A DNA stretch of 64,000 nucleotides. It comes from Lingula anatina. Taxonomy: Eukaryota > Animalia > Brachiopoda. The position numbers were made by a program, and so were the translations under genes. Location: contig CM120648.1 of assembly GCA_051362555.1 (NCBI GenBank), forward strand, positions 19,402,587-19,466,586. The letters run 5' to 3'. Positions 39,101 to 51,100 of this stretch are shown piece after piece (position 1 is the first letter of the stretch; each line of letters begins with the position of its first letter). The notes below the pieces were generated by a model that was not told the origin of the DNA, made no database searches, and saw nothing but the letters and a program-made list of their open reading frames with translations.

Positions 39101-42100
39101 CACTCTCACTGGCGATATTTATCTCAGGAAAAAGTCTACCTGTGCGTTATTTTCAAAGAGCAGCTCCAGCAGACCTGGGGGCACTAGATTAAATCTGGAC
39201 ACCAGGTTTAATAAGAGGCTAGAGAAGCAAAGGAAGAATTTTTTCCTTCAAAGCTTCATAGGAATATTAACACAGATTTCCCAGCAGGCAAATTATGTTG
39301 TTTTGACGTTGAAACAACGTTGAACCATAACGTTGAGTAGACATTGAATAAACGTTGGATTTGAAAGTTGTGTCAACCTCAGATAACAACGTTGTATCAA
39401 CGTCAGAAACCAATGTTATATCAACCCCACCCAGCGGGAAATTAGCCTGGATGTGTTTAGCAGTAGGACATGTTTGATGGCTATATATTATTATTATATA
39501 TATAAACCTTGGAAATTTTAACTTAAAGGCCATACATAAATACCCTACATACATTTAGCCATCAAACATGTCCTACTACTAAACACATACAGGCTAAAAG
39601 GGTGTACCATGCTTAGGTGCAAAACATGCTTAGGAGCTAGATGCGTGGAAAATATCAGACAAAGCAGGCACTTGGATGTTTTTACAGTGTACGTTATAAT
39701 TGTGTACCTGTGTTTTGTACCAAAAATAAAAACATTTCATGTCATTTTAATGTCTTTTCATCCAAGAATGTTGTCTAACAACTGGGGTTGATACAATGTT
39801 ATTATGATATCTGACGTTGATGCAACATTGATATCTGAGGTTGAGTCAACTTTCAAATCCAATGTTAATGCAACGTATTATCAACGTTATGGTTCAACGT
39901 TGTTTCAATGTTAAAACAACATAATTTGCCAGCTGGGTAGTGTTTACTTATGAGCATGTAGACATAATGTTAATGGAATTTAAATAAAATATAATATTGA
40001 TGGTAAGGATTTAGTGCACAAGTAATGCATTAACCTCCGTTTGTTTGTCACCAGAGTAACGCAGTAAGTAATCAGTATGGGTGGATTTTGTTGAAATTTT
40101 CATGATACATCAGAGATGGGTTTCCGTATAAGTTTTTATGTACAGACACAGATGTGTCTGTACATATAGCCGTCATCTGCGTCTGTCGTCGCCGTCGCCG
40201 TTGCCGTTGCCGTCGCAAACACGATAAGTGGAATACTGTTTTACCTTTTGGCTTGAAAGTTACAGAACTGATGAATATTCATAATACGCCGGTCAAGTTC
40301 GAAAATCAGCATGATCGGGCCATTTTTAGGGAAGTTATGCTTTTTTTTCACTTTTTTCAGCATATATGCAACACCGTAAACACGATAAGTGGAATACTGT
40401 TTTACCTTTTGGCTTGAAACTTACAGAACTGATGAATATTCATAATACGCCGGTCAAGTTCGAAAATCAGCATGATCGGGCCATTTTTAGGGAAGTTATG
40501 CTTTTTTTTTCACTTTTTCAGCATATATGCAACACCGTAAACACGATAAGTGGAATACTGTTTTTCCTTTTGGCTTGAAACTTACAGAACTGATGAATAT
40601 TCATAATACGCCGGTCAAGTTCGAAAATCAGCATGATCAGGCCATTTTTAGGGAAGTTATGCTTTTTTTTCACTTTTTTCAGCATATATGCAACACCGTA
40701 AACACGATAAGTGGAATACTGATTTACCTTTTGGCTTGAAACTTACAGAACTGATGAATATTCATAATACGCCGGTCAATTCGAAAATCAGCATGATCGG
40801 GCCATTTTTAGGGAAGTTATGCTTTTTTTTCACTTTTTTCAGCATATATGCAACACCGTAAACACAATAAGTGGAAAACGGTTTTACCTTTTGGTTAGAC
40901 CCATTTCAGAAAAGTGCTGTCTTGTTTACATTTTGGCATTTTCAAGATGTGACTTTGAAGTTCCATGGTCCTGAAGACCTTTGCTAGTCACATTTTCTGA
41001 ATATCCATGATACTAATATTTTATGATTAAAAATTGATGGTCATTATGCTGTTAAACATTATGTAATATTGCATCAAAATTTGAAGAAACCCCTATTTTG
41101 GGCACTGCTCCCATGATGACCATTTAAGGAAAATCATGTCACTCACTGTTCTCAAACTTACAGGAAAGAAACATGGGACTAAAATATAGCTTCAGTAGGC
41201 AATGCAGTCTGTTTGGTAATTTATTCTGGCAGTTAAACAGTTTTTTTGTGAAAATTTAATTTTTCACATATTGGGATTTTCAGGGTGTGATTTTGAAGTT
41301 CCATGAGCCTGCAGACCTTTGCTAGTCACGTTTTCTGAATGTTCATGTGACTAATATTCTATTATTAAAAATTGATGGTCATTATGCTGTTAAACATGTA
41401 ATATTGCATCAAAATTTGACGAAACCCCTATTTTGGGCACTGCTCCCATGATGACCATTTAAGGAAAATCATGTCACTTACTGTTGTCAAACTTACAGGA
41501 AAGAAACATGGGACTAAAATACAGCTTCAGTAGGCAATACAGTCTGTTTGGTAAATTTTTCTAGCAATTAAACAGTTGTTTGTGAAAATTTAATTTTTCA
41601 CATATTGGCATTTTCAAGGTGTGACTTCAATACGCCGGTCAAGTTCGAAAATCAGCATGATCGGGTCATTTTTAGGGAAGTTATGCTTTTTTTCACTTTT
41701 TTCAGCATTTATGCAACCCTGATAATATGAAAAGTGAAAAACCGCTTTATTTTTTGGCTTAAAACTTACACAACTGATGAATATTTATAATATGCAGGTC
41801 AAGCTGAAAATCAGCATGATCGGGCCAATTTTATGGAAGTTATGCTGTTTTTTTTTCAATTTTTTTCAGCATAAATGCAACACCGATAACACGATAATCG
41901 AAAAAATCATTTTACTTTTTGGCTTATAAGTTACTGAAATGATGAATATTCATAATACGCAGGTTAAGTTCGAAAATCAGCCTGATCGGGCCAATTTAAT
42001 GGAAGTTATTTAATGGCAGTTTTTTCGCAATTTCAGCATATGTGCAACATCGATAACACATTTCAAGGAAAATCAATTGGCCAATTATCTTGAAATTCAC

Positions 42101-45100
42101 AGGGGTGATCAGATTTACTAAAATACAGATGAGGTTCGAAAATTAGCTTGATCAGTTCAGTTTTGGTGAAATTGTGCCTTTTTTTGTAAATAAGTCTTTT
42201 TTCCTTGGATTTAATTCTTAGGCATGTTAACAATCTCATTTGTGAACTAATTAGTAATGTAAAGGTGTTCTTTTGACATTTTCTGCATTTTAACAATATT
42301 GCTAGTTGATTATATAAAAATGATGGTAAACCTGTTATTGTGCATTGTGTAATAAAGTGTCAAAAATGGAAATAAACTCATATCTTTACAGTTTGTCAGA
42401 TTCAATCATTCACCATGTTCAGAATCTCAGAATGGAACAAATTAGACATTTAAAATTGTTCTATTGATATTTTTCCTATGTCAACAACTTTCTTAGTTGA
42501 TCATTTAAAAACAACAGTAAATTGATTTTTTTGATATATGTAAAAAAAGTGTTGAAAGTGGAAAGAAATTCATTTCAGTACAGTTATCTCTTGTGTACAT
42601 TTTGGCATTTTGAAGTTGTGACTCTGAACTTCCATGGCCCTGAAGACCTTTCCATATCAAATTTTCTGAATATCCATGATACTTTTATTTTATTATTAAA
42701 AATTGATAGTCATTATGCTGTTAAGCATTATGTAATATTGCATCATAATTGAAGACAACCCCATTTTAGACAATGCCTCCATAGTGACCATTAAAGGAAA
42801 ACCAAGTCACTTACTCTTCTCAAACTTACAGAAATGTAGCATAGCACTAAATTATAGCTTCAGTTGAAAAACCTGCTATATCAGTTAACTTTCTTGGAAA
42901 TTATATAGTTTTTTGTTACAATTAAAATTTTCATATATGGACATTTTCAAGGTGTGACTTAGTCTTTGATCTTCCATTGGCTTGAATACCATTGCTAGTC
43001 ACATCTTTTGAATAGCTATGATACATTTACTTTATTATTAAAAATTGATGGCCATTGTGCTGTTAAGCATTATGTTAAATTGCATAAAAGATGAAAAAAA
43101 AAAACTTTTTTGGACATCGCTGCTAGGATGACCATTAAGGAAAAACCATTTTACTTATGATATTCTAACTTACTGAAAAATTTCATAGGACTGAAGAGTA
43201 GCTTGTGTTGGAAATCAGTGTGATTGTTTTCTGTTTTGGAAGCAATGCAGCTCTATAGAGTGCTATATGGGGCTACTGTTTATGAATGGTGGTAATTGTC
43301 CCTTGGGATAATCACTAGCTAAATTCAGAGCTATAAAATTACTTGCCTAATTGATTTTCAAGTGCCCATTAAATAAGATTACATAAAGTACACGTTAAGA
43401 TTTCCCATTCAAGTCCTATAGGTTAAGCTCTCTCAACTGTGTCACATAATAAGGAATTGGTGATAATTATGCAGGTAAATGTTGTTTAATATTGCAAATA
43501 AGTTTACAAAAGAAAAAAAAATTGTGTAATGCCAACATTAATGCTATAGATGAATAACAGTGCCTTATTATCCTCAAACGCATTGGGATTATTCATATCA
43601 TGTTAATACAGCAAGATTAAAAGTTTGAATAGCAGCTATATTGGATTTTTTTTGTGTGTTTTCTTTTTAATTTTTTTTTCTAAACACTGGCATTTTCAAC
43701 TCCCATCCACCTGAAGCTCTTCAGATTTTCTGTATTTCCACATAAGCAGTTGCATAGGTTTTTATGTCTTTAAACATTATGTAATATTATTTTATGTACT
43801 GTCAACATTTTTCAAATATTGGGATTTTCATTATGTGAATTTGAACTCTCATGGTCCAGAAACTGTAATCTTATTGCAGGGGTGGATTGAGGCCGTCTTC
43901 TGGGTCTTTCAGATGACAGTCAGATTTTAAAGTTTACATTGACTGGTATCATTTTTTTTTGTTGGAAGACCATCAAAAGTGGAGGATGGATCAACAAAGA
44001 TACTTTGGAATACTGTCAAAAAATATCTCTGGATCTGCTTCTGTTATTGACCATTTTACCTGTTGTACATGATTAAAAATCAGTGTTAACTGACCGTGTT
44101 ATTATAAGCATTATTTATTATTGCATCAAAATTGACAAAATGACCCATTTTGCATCTTTATTTTCTGTTTTTTGTCTGTACATTTGACAGCTTTGCTGCC
44201 TTGTCTTAATCTGTCAGGATCTGGTATAGCGGTGAGCACTGCTGCAGCCCCCACCCCCGTGCTGCAGCTGACCTCACCCCAGGGGATGATGGCTCCCGCC
44301 CCAGGGGTTGGATTAACCCCTGGGCTGATAACCGTACCCGGAGTTATCCCCACAGCTGTTATACCTGGTATGTGTGGGTAGAGCTTAGGGAGGGTGGGGG
44401 AGGTGGCATTGGTTGGGGGGAAGGTAAACAGCTAAGTAAGCCAAAAAGTTAATTGACAAAATTACTGTAACTTTTAGAGGCTTTATATTTTTCTTATCTA
44501 TTTTATAAGCTTTCAAATAAATTGTTGAGTTAATTAAAGAAGGTATATGAATGAACCACTTATTTGTAGCATTTGTCAAAAGCATGAAATATTTTTCTCT
44601 GTTAGAATGGTTGGAATATACATGTACTATGTCAGTTGTATAAGGATTGGAAGGGGAAAGGTTGCAGGGAGGGGGGAAAGAAGGGACACATTAGGAAAAT
44701 AGTGGACCATATACCAAATAATTTTTGATTTATGTTTATCAAAATAACAGCACATTTCAAATTCACATTTGCACTCTTCTCTTTTTCTTCTCACTGTCCA
44801 CCAGGTGGTGCTGGAGCAGTGATGGCCCAACAGATGGTGCCAGTTAAAGATGCTCCAGTATTCCACAGAAAGTCAGATCCCACCACTGCCACCGCTGTCC
44901 GAACGCCACCTGGGGCAGGTGGAGATGGTCAAGTGTCCATGGCAAACACAAAAGAGAAAACCCCAATGTGCTTAATCAATGAGTTAGCCCGCTACAATAA
45001 GGTACCTGAATTGTCATGTAATTTAGTAGAGAGTCTTTGGAAAACTTTTCATCTTTTAAAAATCACACTGAGGTTTGTTCTTATGTTAAAAAAAAAAGAT

Positions 45101-48100
45101 TTAATTTTGATTGTAATTTTTTAGATATTAAATCAGGTACATATTTTCTTTAATTGAATACTTGCATGTTTTCTAATATTGATATTTGTTTTTAAATCCA
45201 GGAAAAGAAAAAAAAATAAAAGTACTTATGGGTTTTGTTTCTTGTTTTCCTTAGATACTCCACCAGTACACATTAACTGACGAACAAGGCCCAGCTCACA
45301 AGAAAACTTTCTTCGTGAAGCTCAAGTTAGGTGACGAAGAGTACGCAGCAAATGGCGCCAGCATCAAAAAGGCGCAGCATGCAGCAGCTGACATTGCGTT
45401 AGAGAAGACACAGTACAAACATCCTCCGCCTAAACCAGCAAAGTATGTGGACGGTACAGGAGTCTGTGGTATGCTGAAAAAACTTTGTTACAGTTTTGAT
45501 GATATTTTTATTTTGATTAACTAGCTTAGAAAAAGAATCATTGTATTAGAGGGTGGGGCTTACGTGAGCCTCTTATTATTTTTCATCATTGACATCTTGA
45601 TATGAAGATGAATTATGAGTATGATGACAGAAACAATTTTCATTTCTTTTTCCAAATATTTTTCCTTTAAACTTTTCTTTATTGTTACTACTTATTCTAT
45701 AGCAAACTGTCCAAAGATGAAATATAAAATAACTGACTTCACTTGACTTATTTTTCTTTTTAATCAGTATGTCAGATTATTATGTTATTCTGCCACCTTT
45801 TCAAAGGACATTTTCATGATATCATTCTGTTATTCTTTCCCCAAGATCCTTCTTCCTCCCGTACCATCACTCCCACAGTGGAACTGAATGCTCTGGCCAT
45901 GAAACGAGGAGAACCTGCTGTGTACCGCCCCATTGAGCCTCCCAGACCTGCGTGCTATGGGCCACCTAACTTGGGCTTCAGGGGCATGTACAACCAAAGG
46001 TAAATAACATGTACAACCAAAGGAAGATAACATTTACAACCAAAGGTAAATAACATGTATAACCAAGGGTAAATAACATGTACAACCAAAGGTAAATAAC
46101 AACCTAAAGAAAATTGATTTTTTTTTTTGGGGGGGGGGGGGGGGGGGTGCTTTTCAGTCTGAAGTGGCAACCCTTTTTCTCATTTTAAGGGTATTTCTTT
46201 TCATTATTTTCTTACAACCAAAATGCCTGGTAGGCATGTGAATACACATACAGGCTTGCTTTTGTGCTTCATTTGAAATCCATTTGCAAAGATCATTTTC
46301 TAAAGCAGAAATCCATGCCAGATTATTTCATACTATTGAGTGAGCTGTAGTCAAGCAGTGGCATGGGTGAGAAAATATCGCAGTGGAAGACTGCCAAATT
46401 GATAGACAAATTGACAACCGAGCCAGAAACCAGTTAACATTCAGACTTTCTATTCCAGATATCATTATCCAAAAGCACAGAAAGTGTTCTACGTGTCCCT
46501 GAAGGTGGGCAACCGAGAATTCATGGGTGAGGGCAACACGCGCCAGGCTGCTCGCCATTTTGCCGCTTCAAAGGCGCTGAAAACGCTGGCCGCTCTCCCT
46601 ATGCCAAACCAAGACAAAACACCACTCCAAGTGAGCGATGGAGTGGGTGACGGTGGTAAGTATCCTGGAGATTTGCAGCACATGCAGTAGGTTACCAGAC
46701 ATGGGGGAAAAACTTTTAAGATGCTGAAGGTCTAGAGGACATACGCAAGAGGAGATCTGAAGGTTCTCACAACATTCTTCGGAGTTCAAACTAAGTAATT
46801 TATTTCTGTTAGACTATGTTTACATGTTAGTGATTATTATATGTTGTATTTTCACATAAACCTAGCTAGTCATAAAGACTTGGGATATTAAAAAATCTTG
46901 CAGGTCCTGTAGCATTTCAATTTGGTCATCTCCAGTGGGACAGGCAGTTTCCCCATGTCTGGATAACACTGGCAAAGTCACATGAAGTTACTTTCTCTTA
47001 TACTATGCTGTCTTTGATGTAAGGCATAAATGTTAGATTTTATTGATTGAAAATAAGAAATGTTATATTTTAGAACTTGCGGGCAAACATATCTATATAC
47101 ATATGCATGCACACCCTTGTCTCTGTCACAACTAACACAATGTTTCTGTCACAACTAACACAATGTTTCTGTCACAGCTAACACAATGTTTCTGTCACAG
47201 CTAACACAATGTTTCTGTCACAACTAACACAATGTTTCTGTCACAACTAACACAATGTTTTTGTCACAGCTAACACAATGTTTCTGTCACAACTAACACA
47301 ATGTTTCTGTCACAGCTAACAATGTTTCTGTCACAGCTAACACAATGTCTCTGTCACAACTAACACAATGTCTCTGTCACAACTAACACAATGTTTCTGT
47401 CACAACTAACACAATGTTTCTGTCACAGCTAACACAATGTTTCTGTCACAGCTAACACCATGTCTCTGTCACAGCTAACACAATGTTTCTGTCACAGCTA
47501 ACACCATGTTTCTGTCACAGCTAACATAATGTTTCTGTCACAGCTAACATAATGTTTCTGACACAGCTAACACCATGTCTCTGTCACAGCTAACACAATG
47601 TTTCTGTCACAACTAACACAATGTTTCTGTCACAGCTAACACTATGTTTCTGTCACAACTAACACAATTTTCTTTTTATGTACAGACACAGATGTGTCTG
47701 TACATATTGCCATCACCTGCGTCTGTCGTCGCCGATGGCGATGCCGATGCAGGCGCCGTGCACTTTCCTTGTAAACACGATAAGTGGAGGGCAGTTTTAC
47801 TTTTTGGCTTTATATTTACAGAGCTGATGAATATTCATAAAACGCAGGTCAAGTTCGAAAATCAGCATGATCGGGCCATTATTGTAGAAGTTATGCTGTT
47901 TTTTCACTTTTCAGCATATATTTCACATTTCCTCAGATTCAATTCTTAGGCATGTTAACAGTCTCATTATTAAACTAATAAGATACGAAAAAGTGTTTGT
48001 TTGGCATTTCCTGCATCTTTACAACATTGTTAGTTGATTTTGTAAAAATGATGGTTAACTTGTTATTGTGTATTGTGTAATAAAGTGTTAAAAATGGAAA

Positions 48101-51100
48101 TAAACTCATATCATTGCAGTTTGTCAGCTTCAATCATTCACTATGTTCAGAATCTCATAATGGAAGAAATTGGACATTTAACACTGCTCTGTTGATATTT
48201 TTCCCATCTCATCAATTTTCTTAGTTGATCATGTAAAAATGGCAGTAAACGGTTAATTTTGTTTTATGTTAAAAATTGTTAAAAATGGAAAAAAAAAAAA
48301 CATTTCAGATCAGTGCTGTCTTGTTTACATTTTGGCATTTTCAAGTTGTGACTTTCAAGTTCCATGGGCCTGAAGACCTTTGCTAGTCAAATTTTTATGT
48401 ACAGACACAGATGTGTCTGTACATCTTGCCATCACCTGTATCTGTCGTCGCCGTCGCCGATGCCGGCGCCGTGCACTTTCCTTGTAAACACGATAAGTGG
48501 AGGGCAGTTTTACTTTTTGGCTTTATATTTACAGAGCTGATGAATATTCATAATACGCAGGTCAAGTTTGAAAATCAGCATTATCGGGCCATTATTGTAG
48601 AAGTTAAGTTGTTTTTTCACTTTTCAGCATATATGCAACCCTGTAAACACATTTTAAGGAAAACCGTTAAGCCTGTTGTCATGAAACTCACAGGAGTAAT
48701 CAATCTTACTTAAATGCAGGTCAAGTTCGAAAATTGGCATGATCGGGCCACTACTGTGTCTGTGCATAAAAATTTGACTAGCAAAGGTCTTCAGGCCCAT
48801 GGAACTTGAAAGTCACAACTTGAAAATGCCAAAATGTAAACAAGACAGCACTGATCTGAAATGTTTTTTTTTTCACTTTTCAGCATATATGCAACCCTGT
48901 AAACACATTTTAAGGAAAACCGTTAAGCCTGTTGTCATGAAACTCACAGGAGTAATCAATTTTACTTAAATGCAGGTCAAGTTCAAAAATTGGCATGATC
49001 GGGCCACTATTTTAGTAGTTATGCTGTTTTTTCACTTTTCAGCATATATGCAACACTGTAAACACAACATAAGAAAAACAGATTGGCCAATTGTCATTAA
49101 ACTCACAGGAGTGGTCAATCTTACTAAAACGCAGGTTAAGTTCGAAAATCAGGATAATCGGGCCATTATTTTAGAAGTTATGCTGTTTTTTCACATTTCC
49201 TCAGATTCAATTCTTAGGCAGGTTAACAGTCTCATTATTTAACTAATAAGACACGTAAAAGTGTTTGGTTGACATTTCCTGCATCTTTACAACATTATTA
49301 GTTGATTATGTAAAAATGATGGTAAACTTGTTATCGTGTATTGTGTAATAAAGTTTCAAAAATGGAAATAAACTCATATCATTGCAGTTTGTCAGCTTCA
49401 ATCATTCACTATGTTCAGAATCTCAGAATGGAGGAAATTGGACATTCCGTCACTGTCACTGGCGCCGGCGCCGTTCACTTTCATTGTAAACACGATAAGT
49501 GGAAGGCAGTTTTACTTTTTGGCTGTATATTTACAGAGCTGATGAATATTCATAAAATGCAGGTCAAGTTCGAAAATCAGCATGACCGGGCCATTATTGT
49601 AAAAGTTATGCTGTTTTTTCACTTTTCAGCATATATGCAACACTGTAAACACAACATAAGAAAAACAGATTGGCCAATTGTCATTAAATTCACAGGAGTG
49701 GTCATTCCTGCTAAAACGCAGGTTGAGTCAAAAATCAGCATAATAGGGCCATTATTTTAGAAGTTATGCTGTCTTTTCACATTTCCTCAGATTTAATTCT
49801 TAGGCATGTTAACAGTTTCAAATTTTAATTAATAAGATACGAAAAAGTGTTTGTTTGGCATTTCTTGCATCTTTACAACATTATTAGTTGATTATGTAAA
49901 AACGATGGTAAACTTGTTATCGTGTATTGTGTAATAAAGTTTCAAAAATGGAAATAAACTCATATCATTGCAGTTTGTCAGATTCAATCATTCACTATGT
50001 TCGGAATCTCAGAATGGAAGAAATTGGACATTTAACACTGCTCTATTGATATTTTTCCCATCTCATCAATTTTCTTAGTTGATCATATAAAAATGGCAGT
50101 AAACTATTAATTTTGTTTTATGTTAAAAATTGTTAAAAATGGAAAAGAAAACATTTCAGAACAGTGCTATCTTGTTTTAATATAGATTTTTAAATATTTA
50201 AGACATTGCAGAAATCTTGAGTTTGGCAGTTTCTCCATGAAACACTGCTTTTTGGTCATAGCATCCTATAGTAAACTACCCCAAACATATACCCAAAACC
50301 CCCAAATCAAATGTCAAGTTTGACCTTGACCCTCATTTTCAAGGTCATTTGGCTATTTCATGGAGAAATATTGAAGTGGGCTAAAAGTGATGTTTAGTTG
50401 ACCCCCCCCCCCCCAATTCGCACATGCTCTTTCAGAATATAGGGTCAAATTTAACCCATGACCTTCACATGACCTTGTAAGAGCATTTTCACACCTATTT
50501 TGCAGGGGAATCCTCCGCCACTGGCTTTAGCCAGTTGCAGTCTAGTTAAAATTTGATGTTGAATTTGCAGTTTAACATAATGTACTTTTGCATCATAATT
50601 GACAGTAGCCTATTTTGTTATTTCCTGCTTTTTGTCTGTACATTTGACAGCTTTGCTGCCTTGTTTTAAAATTCTGGTGTTAATATGCAATACCATTTGC
50701 CCTCCACCTCTTTAGATATTCTTTCGCTTCTTCTCTGCTATCGCCTCACAATTAAATGTCATCCGCAAACATCATCATTCACGGGACATTTTCCATGAGT
50801 CATTTCGTCAATCTGAAGCAATATCATTCGTATTACCAGGTGAATTTAATGAACGGCTTCGCCGATTGTGTGAAAGTGGTAAGATTCCAGTATACCGACA
50901 GCGAGTAGCTATTGTAGGACCTTACGGTGTGGGAAAGACTCATCTCGCCAAGCGCCTCATCCATGAGGAATATATCAAAGCAGAAGATGCAAATACAACT
51001 GGCGTGAATATATACCGTCATAGGTGTGTTGTCCATAAAGCTGGCCGATCCTGTTGGATAAGAGGAAAAGGTAAGCAGAATATAGGAAAACATTTGGCAC

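Noticed and set aside
37000-39250. Additional exons between NHL and the Staufen block
   Set aside because: Short ORFs and one donor-like site (38461), but no convincing phase-compatible exon or domain similarity
40154-40739. Repeated 70-87 aa ORFs (HDKWNTVLPFG...) as a gene family
   Set aside because: Translations of the 161-bp HINE tandem unit; frames are not conserved among copies
44805-46655. A complete staufen gene
   Set aside because: No dsRBD3, 4 or 5 exon (e.g. KSxISxVxE...GPPH) was found in the remaining 17 kb; the next coding exons are Roc
47118-47668. 23-bp repeats as a CRISPR array
   Set aside because: Head-to-tail units with no unique spacers, no cas genes, eukaryotic context: a minisatellite
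50716-50839. Longer first Roc exon from the tttag acceptor at 50715
   Set aside because: Frame is open but phase 0, incompatible with the phase-1 upstream donors; not excluded if an unseen upstream exon exists
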